From NCBI RefSeq assembly GCF_006345805.1, contig NC_043005.1, positions 73,408,001 through 73,472,000 on the forward strand: DNA of 64,000 bases. The letters run 5' to 3'. Made by a program: the position numbers and the translations under genes. A model generated the notes under the pieces. It ran no database searches and was not told the DNA's origin. It saw nothing but the letters and a program-made list of their open reading frames with translations. Source of the DNA: Octopus sinensis (Eukaryota). Shown here one piece after another: positions 26,067 to 39,100 of this stretch (its first letter is position 1; each line of letters begins with the position of its first letter).

Positions 26067-26100
<34 letters not shown>

Positions 26101-26770
26101 AAGATGAGTGCGTGTGTGTGCATGTGTGTTTGTGTATGTATGTGTGTATGTATGCGTGTGTCTGTGTTTCTTTGAGTCTGTGTCTGACACCAGTTGTCGG
26201 TGTGTATACGTCCCGTAACTTAACGAATCGGCAAAAACGACCGATAGGATAAGTTCCAGGTTTTAAAAACATAAGCACCACTGGAGTTGATGCGATCGAC
26301 AAAAATTTTCCAATGCGGCGTTCAATGCCTGGCACTGAGTCTAAATAACTGAAGCAATTAAAAGATAAAATTATTGTTGATCTCGGGCTAAAAAAAACAA
26401 CACCGGGAGCAACAATATCATCAACAGCAGCAGCCGTCCAAGAATTTGGACCCGGAGATCACCATTTCCAGCGACTTCGAGGGCCACCTCCCAGCGGTGT
26501 CGGGCGTGAACGAAGAGCCCTCGACTACAACAAGACGACAAAATTTTTTTTCTTTTTCCAAGGTCTAGGGTCTCCCGCCCCTAAGCCGTAGACCATCACC
26601 TAATCCCCGTTCCCCGTCTTGTTGCTTAACAACAACAACAACAACAGCAACAACACCTCTTGAATTTCCTCTGAAATGCTAACCTCACTCGAGTTATTTC
26701 ATCGAATTAAAAAAAAAATAGGCGGAATTCCGGTTTAAGCACTCATATAACCCATTATTACTCTTTTTTA

Positions 26771-27179
26771 TTTTCTGGAATTTTCAGAAAAGTTTTGCGA
26801 ATTTGTGTTCAACACACAAGAATTCATACGATTATGCATAAAGCAAGAAATTTTGTGCGTTACTTAAGGGCTATTTAGCTATTATTTTTAGCACATCCCA
26901 CGACCATCATGTATCCTCCTCGTTTCTTTGTCACTCTGACATGTGTCGATGATTTTCAATATATTTCTCCCCATAAACACATTTGAGGGTCTATTGCTGA
27001 GATTTAAGTCCAAAATATGGACTGTCCGTATTTCAAACTATGATTAAAAGAATAATTTCGAAAACATTTAAAAAAATTGTTTAAATTTCGAAAATCTCTT
27101 TTAAAATTTGTTTTCATAGTCGTGTGGATTCTTGCATGTAGAATACAAATTTTCTGAAATTTTTTGAAATTTCCAAAAA
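26771..27179. mobile_element. Old MITE-like element with ~65-bp degenerate inverted repeats
   Basis: 26771-26836 resembles the reverse complement of 27115-27179 (GAATTTGTGTTCAACACACAAGAATTCATACGATTATG versus AAATTTGTATTCTACATGCAAGAATCCACACGACTATG). Confidence 0.5.
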
Positions 27180-27899
27180 CTAAAGAACTTACGGCGATCT
27201 ATATTTAAGAGATGAATTATGTACATTATTTACATTATGCCTACGGGCATAACCCAAGATTCCAAGTTCAATTCCAATCAGTGACCTGAACAACAACAAC
27301 AACAACAATAATAATAATAATAAGAAGAAGAAGAACAACAACAACAACAACATCGAAAATACCTTAGGAATGAGAACCCAGGTTCGAAATTTTCCCCAAG
27401 ACACCTATGGAGGGCTGGAGGGTATATCAACCGAAACTTTGTGTTAACAAGATGAGGACAAACACTCATCGAATGTAAATAATGTAAATAAAGTTACGGA
27501 GGAATTTTTTGACGTGCTTAAACCAGAATCCTGTCCCAAAAGAATATGACAAGTAAATCAGACTTCATGTGGTATGTTAACACAAACCTCAGAATTTATT
27601 CGAACTCTTAGAGTTAAAAGTTACTTGTATTTGAAACCAAAACACGCCCTACCTATTGTATCTTTTAAAAGAATATGACAGATTAGGCCTAAACTTATCC
27701 AGGATACCCTCATTAACTGAAAAGTAAAGATGGTTTAAGTAAAAATGGTTTATGTTGATCTTCATAGAAAACTTGGCTAGGACCTAGCATAGCAGCAATG
27801 ACAACAACAACAACAACAACAAAAGCAACATATAAATCCAGGCTAGTTATTTAGTTCAGTACACCAGTGTTGCCATCGTTCTGCTAACTCCTTTCACGG

Positions 27900-27993
27900 A
27901 TGATGCTGATGCCAGCGGGGACTGTAATGATGATGATGATGGTGGTGGTGGTGGCGGTGGTGATGATAATGATGATGATAATGCTGATGATAG

Positions 27994-28032
<39 letters not shown>

Positions 28033-28211
28033 CGGCAACGATTGTGATGACAACAGTGAAACTAAATGACAACAATGTCGACGATGACGATGATGACCAT
28101 GGCGACGAGGGTTACGGCAATGATGACGACGACGACAGTGACCACAACGACGGTGATCACAACGACGACAACAATGATGATGATGACGGTGATGATGATA
28201 ACGACGACGAC

Positions 28212-28247
<36 letters not shown>

Positions 28248-28385
28248 AACGATGACGATGATGACGATGAGGGTGATGACGATGATGATAATGACGATGA
28301 TGATGATGATCATGCGGACGCTGACGACGATGATAATGATCATGACGATGATGACGATGATGATATTGACAATGATGATGATGAC

Positions 28386-28420
<35 letters not shown>

Positions 28421-28490
28421 CGACGACGACGACGACGACGATGATGATGATGATGATGATGATGATGATAATGATGATGATATTTTAACT
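27900..28490. repeat. (GAT)n/(GAC)n compound microsatellite
   Basis: Direct reading. Explains the poly-D/M/H ORFs. Confidence 0.97.
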
Positions 28491-28537
28491 CCACATAATA
28501 TTTGCGGGATGGCTATGTATGGGTTGTTTGTATCGAT

Positions 28538-29033
28538 ATAGACACAGTAGGAGAAATACTTATTTTAGATACCAGTACAAGGCCAGAAAAGCTCGGGTGA
28601 GGGTATGGGGTGTATCTGTTAAAGATCGAAATCCCATTATTTACAAGGTACTTTATTTTTATCGATCCCGGAAGTATGAAAGATAAAAAAAAAACATTCG
28701 AAAAAAAAGAAACCGGTACGATTTGAAAGTAACAAAGTGACGTCACTAAATACAGAACGAATGAGGAGTTGGACCGACCCATTACCAATCCCGGCACTCC
28801 CAATGGCTAAATGATAATGATGACGACGACAACGACGATGATGATGATGATGACGACGATGATGAAAACGATGATGATGATGAGGACGATGATAATGATG
28901 AAAATGATGGTGACAATGATGATGATGATGATGATGATGATAATGATGGTGGTGGTGGTGATTATGATGTTGATGACGTTGATGATGATGATAAGAAAGA
29001 GGAGGGGAGGAAGGGGAATAGGAGGAGAGGATG

Positions 29034-29070
<37 letters not shown>

Positions 29071-29483
29071 TAATAATAATCCTTTCTAGTAGAGTCAGCC
29101 GGGCTGGAATTTGGGGGATAAGAGGAAAGTCGATTATGTCGATCCCAGTAAATAATGACAAGAACCACAACTTTAACTAAAACAAAAACAACCACAACAT
29201 CAATGATGATATTACCGGCGACAGTTGTGGCGATGGCGACAGCGACAACGACCACGACAGTGACGACGACGATGGCGATGATGATGACGATGATGATGAT
29301 GATGATGATGATGATAATATAACGATTCAGGTAATTAATAGATAGATTTAATATATAGACAAAAATGCATAGAATGATAGACAGACAGGTAGATAGATGC
29401 CTAGGCATACAGATACAAACAGGTAGTCATACGGATAGGTGTGTGTGTGTGTGTGTTTGTGTGTTCGTGTGTGCGTAGGGTAG

Positions 29484-29533
<50 letters not shown>

Positions 29534-30262
29534 TATAGACACAGTAGGAGAAATTACTTATTTTAGATACGAGTACAAGGCCAGAAAAGCTAGGGTGAGG
29601 GAGGGGGTGTGGTTTGTATCTGTTAAAGATCGAAATCCCATTATTTACACAGGTGCTTTATTTTTATCGATCCCGGAAGTATGAAAGATAAAAAAAAAAC
29701 ATTCGAAAAAAAAGAAACCGGTACGATTTGAAAGTAACAAAGTGACGTCACTAAATACAGAACGAATGAGGAGTTGGACCGACCCATTACCAATCCCGGC
29801 ACTCCCAATGGCTAAATGATGATGATGACGACGACGACGACGATGATGATGATGATGATGACGACGATGATGAAAACGATGATGATGATGAGGACGATGA
29901 TAATGATGAAAATGATGGTGACAATGATGATGATCATGATGATGATCATGATGATGATGATCATGATGATGATGATGGTGGTGGTGGTTATGATGTTGAT
30001 GACGTTGATGATGATGATAAGAAAGAGGAGGGGAGGAAGGGGAAGAGGAGGGGAGGATGATAATAATAATTAAAACAAGACAAAAAGAAGAGAAAAGGTA
30101 GAAAAAAAAAGAATTGTTTATTATTATATTATTATTATTATTATTATTATTATCATTATTATTATTATTATTATTTATTATTATTATGACGGTGATGATG
30201 TGATCGTAATAGTGGTCATGGCGGTGTTGCTGACTGTTGTGACGGCGATAATGGTGAGGGTA

Positions 30263-30324
<62 letters not shown>

Positions 30325-30395
30325 GATGATGATGATGATGATGATGATGGTTGTGATCAAATAAAGTCAACAACAACAACAACAACAACAACAAA

Positions 30396-30446
<51 letters not shown>

Positions 30447-30643
30447 CCTTTCTAGTAGAGTCAGCCGGGCTGGAATTTGGGGGGTAAGAGGAAAGTCGAT
30501 TATGTCGATCCCAGTAAATAATGACAAGAACCACAACTTTAACTAAAACAAAAACAACCACAACATCAATGATGATATTACCGGCGACAGTTGTGGCGAT
30601 GGCGACAGCGACAACGACCACGACAGAGACGACGACGATGGCA

Positions 30644-30681
<38 letters not shown>

Positions 30682-30682
30682 A

Positions 30683-30729
<47 letters not shown>

Positions 30730-30885
30730 ATAACGATTCAGGTAAGTAATAGATAGATTTGATATATAGACAAAAATGCATAGAATGATAGACATACAGG
30801 TAGATAGATGCCTAGGCAGACAGATACAAACAGGTAGTCATTCGGATAGGTGTGTCTGTGTGTTTGTGTATTCGTGTGTGCGTAG

Positions 30886-30925
<40 letters not shown>
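28538..30925 (+). repeat. Tandem duplication, unit ~1.0 kb versus ~1.4 kb
   Basis: TAGACACAGTAGGAGAAA...GCCTAGGCA...CGTAGGGTA occurs at 28538-29534 and again at 29535-30925, with differing microsatellite lengths. Confidence 0.93.
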
Positions 30926-30928
<3 letters not shown>

Positions 30929-30949
30929 CTTACTATGTTTATATACAGA

Positions 30950-31380
<431 letters not shown>

Positions 31381-32150
31381 TGAGCGTGCCGTAAGTTGTT
31401 TAAGTAGATAAATAAGTAGTTAGGTAGACCGATTTAAAATATAAACATCGCTCGTCCAGTATATACGTTCGATTATATATATTCGTAACAATCAATGCCG
31501 GAAACATACCTTTTTTTTTTTACATACTTCACCAAAATTAAGGAATAAGTAAAGCACAAAATAGACCCATTACTATATATGTCTGTGCTTATAAATCTGC
31601 GTGTTGTATGCTTGTGTTTTTTTTTTTATATATGGTTAAACACATATATAAACACACATAGACGAACATAGACACGAAGGGCGAACAAGTACTTTGAAAG
31701 AATCATACGTCGATATTGTTATTTATTATAGATAAGTAGTTTGGAAATAGAGACAGGTCAACGGGAGAAAATATTATATATACAGTTATAAAAGTTATAT
31801 CTTATCTTTATATGCAATTATGTAATACTTGTTTCAAACTTTGGTACCGGGCCAGCAATTTCTGGGAAGGTGGGTTAGTCGATTATATCAGCCCTCAGTA
31901 TTCAACTGGTACTTGTTTAATCAACCACAAAAAGGTTGAAGGGCAAAGTAGACCTAGGCACAAATTGAACTGCGAACGTTAAAGCGGACGGAATGCCGTA
32001 ATGCATTTTGCCCCGTGTGTTAACGACTTTGCCAAGTTCACCACCTTGTATCGTGATACATTCATATAAATATATACAGTTCTACATACATACATACATA
32101 ATACATACATCCAATCATGGATGCATGCATACATACATACTTAAACATAC

Positions 32151-32194
<44 letters not shown>

Positions 32195-32830
32195 CACACA
32201 CATATATAATATTAGATATATATATATATTATATATATACACACATATATATAATGTATATATATCGATATATATATATATATGTATGTATATATATGTA
32301 TTTGTATATATACAGATATGTATATATATATTATATATATATATATAATACTTATATATGTCATATATATATATACTTACAGATATATATATATACATAT
32401 ATATGTATGTACATTATATGTATACATATGTAAATATATACATGTGTGTATGTATGGTATATGTATCTATATCTATATATATATGTATATGTATGTATAA
32501 TATATATGTATACGTGTGTGTGTACGTGTGAATGCATTTTTGTGCTTGCATGCTTGTCTGCATATCTATATACATATATATATATATATATACAATATAT
32601 AATTTATCTTACCTTAGATGACATTGTCAATTCTCTTTATATATGTTATGTGTTTTCACAGTATGTTATACTTTTTTTTAGACCGTATCTCTGCTGATAT
32701 CTGTTTTCTTCTTCTTTTTTCCTTTTTTTCTTTTATTGTTTTATTGATATTTTTCTTATGTTGTTACAATATTTGTAAGCGTGTGTGTGTGTGTGTGCGT
32801 TTCTGTGTGTGCGTGTGTGCGTGTGTGTGA

Positions 32831-32901
<71 letters not shown>

Positions 32902-34319
32902 AGCGTTTCTTTGTCTCTTTTCTTTCTTTTTTTTTGTTGTCTCGATGGTACTGTGTGGAACGGAAGGAAGTTGGTGAATTTCCGAAGTTAAAAGTAAAAA
33001 AGAGCCAACCGCTTATTCTACTAGCAGACGTCTTCGAGTCTGTCTTATTTTTCCCTACTCTGTCTGCGAGGTTTGTCCGTCTGTCTGCCTGACTGTCTGT
33101 CTGTCTATCTGTGTTTTCGCTGGTTGCCTGGTTTGGCTGGCTGGATGGCTGCTTAACTGACTGTCTGTCCGACTGACTGTCTGACTCGGTTTGTTTTGGC
33201 TTGTTTTCTCTTCCGCTTATCTCTGTCCGCGTTGCCTGCTTATTTTGCATATGACGACCAGCCTGCCAACCAGCACGCCTGGCTGTCTGCCTGCCTGCCG
33301 CTGTTTCCCGCCTTATCCGATTTGGTTTTGCCTCTTTTTACCTTTTGCAGTAGAAGTAGTTGGTTGCGCTCATATCGCATGCAGTGACGAATAACAACAA
33401 CAACAACGACAGCGACAGCAATAACAATAACAACCACGGCAAATACAAACGGCGTTTTCTATAACTATGACTCTGATGGTGGCATTGTTTCTGCATTTTT
33501 ATATTGTACCAACGCACGCGCGTTAGGTGTGGTGTCACCAAGAAACGAAAAAAAAAAAAAAAACAGAAAGCAGACGACTCTTTATCGCTTTTATTTTTAT
33601 TTTATTTTCTTTCTTCTAAGCGACATATTCTTTTTTTATATTTAGCAGACGACAATTGCAAAACTGACTGAGATGTAGACGACTTTTTTTCTCAAAACGA
33701 TAAGAAAATAACAACGACATCAGTATCACAACCAAGATCAATAGTATCTACAATGAAATCAATATCAACATAAATAACTATATTATAATACAATCACTAC
33801 TATTGTAAATAGTATCGACAATATCCATATAACATCAACTATTATAATATTGCTAATAGAAATGTCACAATCAACATTATTAATCATGTCACTATGACAT
33901 CATAAACTATAACATTTATCATCATTAAATCATTACCAACTTTAATATTGCTGTCAATATTGTCAAAAATATTACTATCAACATTATCATTATCGTTACT
34001 ATTACGGAATCAATTATAAAATACTTTCAACAATATCAACATCGTTATTATAGTATGATCAACTACAACATTCTATGAACATTATCGCTTATGCCATTAT
34101 AAAAATATGAGTTGTTTAATGATAATATGAATAATATCAATAATAACGATGACAACGTTATCACCAAAGTCACTATCACAGCAGATATAACTTGTCATCA
34201 ATATATCAATATCAACTATGTAATATTATTATCAATACTATCAACAATTTTGCTATCAACAGTAAAGTCACTAAGACATAACTACTATAACGCGTCACAA
34301 CTTTTTCAACACACATATT

Positions 34320-34757
34320 CTCTTTTTACTCACTTTTACTTATTTCAGTCATTTGACTGCGCCCATGCTGGGGCACCGCCTTTTTTAGTCGAGCAAATCG
34401 ACCCCAGGACTTATTCTTTGTAAGTCTAGTACTTATTCTATCGGTCTCTTTTGCCGAACCGCTAGGTTACAGGGACGTAAACACACCAGCATCGGTTGTC
34501 AGGCGATGTTGGAGGGACAAACACAGACATACAAACACACACACACACGCGCACGCACATACACACGCATACACACACACATATATGCACATATATACGA
34601 CGAGCTTCTTTCAGTTTCCGTCTACCAAATCCACTCACAAGGCTTTGGTCGGCCCGAGGCTATAGTAGAAGACACTTGCCCAAGGTGCCACGCAGTGGGA
34701 CTAAACCCCGAACCACGTGGTTAGTAAGCAAGCTACTTACCACACAGCCTCTCCTAC
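34320..34757 (-). mobile_element. SINE family A
   Basis: Full reverse-complement copy. Confidence 0.9.
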
Positions 34758-35071
34758 ACCCACACATCACTACAGCATCAACAACAATAGCATAAAGCTT
34801 TAACAACACATAATATAATCAAGAGTTTAATACAAATACAAATACTAATGATAATAATCCCTTTCTAATACTGGCAGAAGGCCTTAAATTTTGTGAAAAG
34901 GCTCTACTCGATTATATCGGATCTAATGCCCAGCTGGTTCTTATATCATTAACCCTGGGAGGAAGAAAGTCAAAGCCACCCACGGCGGAATTTGAACTCA
35001 GAACGTAAAGACTGACAAAATACCGCTTATCATTCTGCCGAAAGCCCGCCTTAATAGTAAGAACAACAACA

Positions 35072-35110
<39 letters not shown>

Positions 35111-35139
35111 TATAATAATAATATAATAATAACAATAAC

Positions 35140-35193
<54 letters not shown>

Positions 35194-35221
35194 TAACAAT
35201 AACAATAATAATCATAATGTC

Positions 35222-35267
<46 letters not shown>

Positions 35268-35297
35268 ATGATGATGATGATACTATATGTATATTTA

Positions 35298-35452
35298 GTG
35301 GAGGCGCAATGGCCTAGTGGTTAGGACAGCGGACTCACAGTTTTAGGATCGCGGTTTCGATTCCCAGACCGGGCGTTGTGAGTGTTTATTGAGCAAAAAA
35401 CACCTAAAGTTCCACGAGGCTCCGGCAGGGGGTGGGTGGCGATCCCTGCTGT
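35298..35452 (+). mobile_element. SINE family D, 5' portion
   Basis: GTGGAGGCGCAATGGCCTAGTGGTTAGG...GGTTTCGATTCCCAGACCGGG, matching 47637 onward. Confidence 0.85.
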
Positions 35453-35472
35453 TTAAAAAAGTATTGGCGCAG

Positions 35473-36030
35473 GAGTGGTTCCGGGTTCAGTTCCACTGCG
35501 TGGCACCTTGGACGAGTGTCTTCTACTATAGCCTCGGGCCAACAAATGCCTTGTGAGTGGATTTGGTAGACGGAAACTGAAAGAAGCCTGTCGTATATAT
35601 ATATATATGTGTGTGTGTTTGTGTGTCTGTGTTTGTCCCCCTAGCATCGCTTGACAACCGATGCTGTTGTTTTAACACCCCGTTACTTAGCGGATCGGCA
35701 AAAGAGACCGATAGAATAAGTACTGGGCTTACAAAAGAATAAGTCCCGGGGTCGAGTTGCTCGAATTAAAGGCGGTGCTCCAGCATGGCCGCAGTCAAAT
35801 GACTGAAACAAGTAAAAGAGTATATGTATTTGTGTGTATGTTTGTGTGTCTGTACTTAACAACCGATGCTGGTATGTTTACGTCCCCGTAAGATGGCGGT
35901 TCCGAAAAATAGACTGATAGAATAAGAACTAGGCTTACAAAGAATAAGTCCGGTGGTCGACTAAAAGAAGTGCTCCAACATGGCCACATTCAAATGACTG
36001 AAACAAATAAAAGAATAAAAGAGTAAAAGA
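35473..36030 (+). mobile_element. SINE family A plus a tandem 3' partial copy
   Basis: Body 35473-35820, then a repeated 3' half at 35830-36030. Confidence 0.85.
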
Positions 36031-36178
36031 ATAGAATGTATAGAAGGAAATAAAGGAGAATGCCATTATTATTTTTGAACCTGTGGAAAACACACGACAT
36101 GTCAAAACATCGTCCACTTGATAACAATGGCACTATTTTCATCTGATGATAATAATAACAATAACAACAACAATAATA

Positions 36179-36276
<98 letters not shown>

Positions 36277-36550
36277 AAGACCCCCTTCGGTCATGAATGA
36301 CCATGGGATTGCACCTAGAAAGTTACCTTCCTAGATACAAGTCCGGGCAAGGTTGTTTATGGAAGGCCAGCAGTCGCCCTTGCATACCGGCCTCCCCTCT
36401 CCACGCCACCAGTGTTATCCAAGGGAAAGACAAAGGTCGATACAGCTTGGCACCAGTGACGTCGCAACTCATTTCTACAGCTGAGTGAACTGGAGCAACG
36501 TGAAATAAAGTGCCTTGCTCGAGAACACAACACGCAGCCCGGTCCGGGAT
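36277..36550 (-). mobile_element. SINE family C, 5'-truncated at the B-box
   Basis: Reverse complement of 8950-9223. Begins ATCCCGGACCGGGCTGCGTG on the minus strand. Confidence 0.88.
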
Positions 36551-36560
36551 AAAAATCAAG

Positions 36561-36612
36561 TTCCCATGCCGGGAATCGAACCCGGGCCGCCTGGGTGAAA
36601 GCCAGGAATCCT
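36561..36612 (-). pseudogene. tRNA-Glu-TTC: 5'-truncated tRNA-Glu(TTC) pseudogene (3' 52 nt plus T5 trailer)
   Basis: Minus strand AGGATT-CCTGG-CTTTCAC-CCAGG-CGGC-CCGGG-TTCGATT-CCCGG-CATGGGA-A. Perfect anticodon and T arms. The 5' acceptor strand and most of the D arm are absent. No CCA; followed by CTTGATTTTT. Confidence 0.9.
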
Positions 36613-36679
36613 GGTAATTATCCTGATAATGATAGTGATAATGATAATGATAATAATAATAAAATGGTTTCTAATCGAT

Positions 36680-37039
36680 GAATCAATGCCAATAGATGAC
36701 AATGTTTCTCTCTAAAAAAACAGAGAAACTTTCAAAATACTAAGACCTGGAAATAGAGGTAACTCGAATGTGGAGCCTAAAAACGGAAACAATTCCTATT
36801 ATAGCAGGCGCATTACGTATGATAAAAAAAAAACATTCAGACAAATACATACGAAAAACACCAGGACTTACAAAGTATATATAACATACAGAAACTTCTA
36901 AACACTGTAGACATCCCACGTAAAACACTTTCAATACAATGATAATAAGAGCTCCACAACAAACTACAGCACATACCCAAGGCGCACAGAGCTACGCTCG
37001 GTAGTGCAGTGAAAGCACGTGATAAAAATAAGATCACTA

Positions 37040-37045
<6 letters not shown>
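36680..37045 (+). mobile_element. R4-clade LINE 3' fragment
   Basis: Paralogous to 38225-38600 (KYXDLEIEVTRMW...; 3'UTR CAGCACATACCCAAGGCGCACAGAGCTACGCTCGGTAGTG). Flanked by (AAT)n. Confidence 0.88.
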
Positions 37046-37084
<39 letters not shown>

Positions 37085-37107
37085 TATAGTAATAGTAATA
37101 ATAATAA

Positions 37108-38600
37108 TACTCAATGCTAAAAACAAGATAATAGGTATTAACACTTTAGCTGTCCCAGTTATAAGTTACAGCTACAATATCCTTAACTGGATGATAAATG
37201 AACTGATCAAAATAGATAGGAAAACAAGAAAAATAATGACAGGATCTAGGATACATCACCCAAAATCTGACATAGAAAGACTATATATACAACGTATAGA
37301 AGATGGTAGAGACCTTATACAGCTGGAAAACTACCATAAAATAACCACCATAGGACGCAAAATATCTACTTCAGAAGGAAGGAAAACTGATACAAATAGC
37401 GGCATAACACGAGCAAAACAAAAGCTGTTCTCAGTATTTAAGGAAGCTGACAAATACAAACAAGAAATCATGCCACCTAAAAAATATGAAGAAGAAGAAG
37501 GAGAAGAAGAAGAAGAAGAAGAAGAAGAAGAAGAAGAAGAAGGAGGAGAAGAAGAAGAAGAAGAAGAAGAAGAAGGAGGAGGAGGAGAAGAAGAAGAAGA
37601 AGAAGAAGAAGAAGAAGAAGAAGAAGAAGAAGAAGAAGAAGAAGAAGAAGAAGATGATGATGAAGAAGCAATAATAGCTATAAAATAAATGAAGTCCAAA
37701 CTAAAACTAGAACAGCAAAGAACCATGATAAAACGATGACAAGAAAAGCCCCTTCATGGTAAATACTGGACTAAATTAAATGCAAAAGAAATAGACAAAG
37801 AAAAATCCCAGCAATGGTTGAGAAGCTCAGGACTCAAAGCAGAGACAGAGGGATTTTTAATTGCAGCACAAGACCAAAGCCTCCCCACCAGAAATTACCA
37901 AAAACATGTAATGAAAAAATATAACAGTAACTGCAGAATATGTGGAGATGGACAAGAAACAATAAATCATATTATCTCTGGCTGCCCAGTCCTGGCTAAG
38001 AAGGAATATATTCACAGACATGACAGAGTTGGAACCTACATACACTGGAAGCTATGGCAACATTATGGAATAACAACAGAAAAAAGATGGTATAGGTACA
38101 CACCAGAAAAGGTCACAGAAAACGAGAAAGCAACCATACTCTGGGATATGCCGATACACACAGATAGAGAAATTAAGGCCAACAGACCTGATATAGTTGT
38201 CAGAGATCATGAAGAAAAAAAATGCTTTCTAATTGATGTATCAATACCGGCAGATGACAACGTGTCTCTAAAAGAAATGGAGAAACTTTCAAAATACAAA
38301 GACCTGGAAATAGAGGTAACCAGAATGTGGAAGCTAAAAACGGAAACAATTCCTATCATAGTATGTGCAATTAGGCATGATAAAAAATATTCAGACAAAT
38401 ACATAACAAAAACACCAGGACTTGCAAACACATATAACATACAGAAAATTGCACTACTAGGCACTGCACACATCCTACGCAAAACACTTTCCACACAATA
38501 ACCATCAGAGCATCACAACAAATTACAGCACATACCCAAGGCACACAGAGCTACGCTCGGTAGTGAAGTGAAAGCAGACTATAAAAAAAAACTACTGAAT
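37108..38600 (+). mobile_element. 5'-truncated R4/Dong-clade LINE (RT thumb, CCHC knuckle, RLE)
   Basis: ORF 37818-38501: AETEGFLIAAQDQ, CRICGDGQETINHIISGC, RHD, RPDIVV...LIDVSIP...KLSKYKDLEIE. Upstream LNAKNKIIGINTLAVPVISYS...IDRKTRKIMT. (AAT)n on both sides. Confidence 0.93.
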
Positions 38601-38610
38601 AATAATAATA

Positions 38611-38658
<48 letters not shown>

Positions 38659-38686
38659 CAACAACAACAACAATAATAACAACAAC

Positions 38687-38729
<43 letters not shown>

Positions 38730-38731
<2 letters not shown>

Positions 38732-39100
38732 GATAATACGAAAAATTTATTAATAGTATGGATAGATTATAAGAAAGCCTATGATACCATTCCACACTCA
38801 TGGATTGGTTAATATTTGAGTATATTCAATATTGCAGACAACATAAGAGAATTAATTAGCTTCAGCATGAAGATCATGGAAAGTAGATCTCTATCCAGGT
38901 AACACAGCAGTAGTTAATATCAAGAGAGGAATTCTCCAAAGAGATTCGTTATCCTCTTTACAGTTGACTTATATTTGAACCGGTTTTATTTAGCATTAAG
39001 GAAGGCTAAGGCCGGGTATCGGTTCAGAAATAGTAAAGGAAAAGTTAACCATTTGTGCCACATGGATGATGTAAAGCTTTTTAGTAAGAATAAAAATAAC
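38730..39100 (+). mobile_element. R4-type reverse transcriptase core fragment
   Basis: WIDYKKAYDTIPHSW, RGILQRDSLS and VNHLCHMDDVKLF. Confidence 0.8.

Noticed and set aside
27856-28541. Poly-Asp/His/Met ORFs of ~210 aa resembling acidic or His-rich proteins
   Set aside because: Pure GAT/GAC microsatellite that is open in several frames on both strands. No splice or start context.
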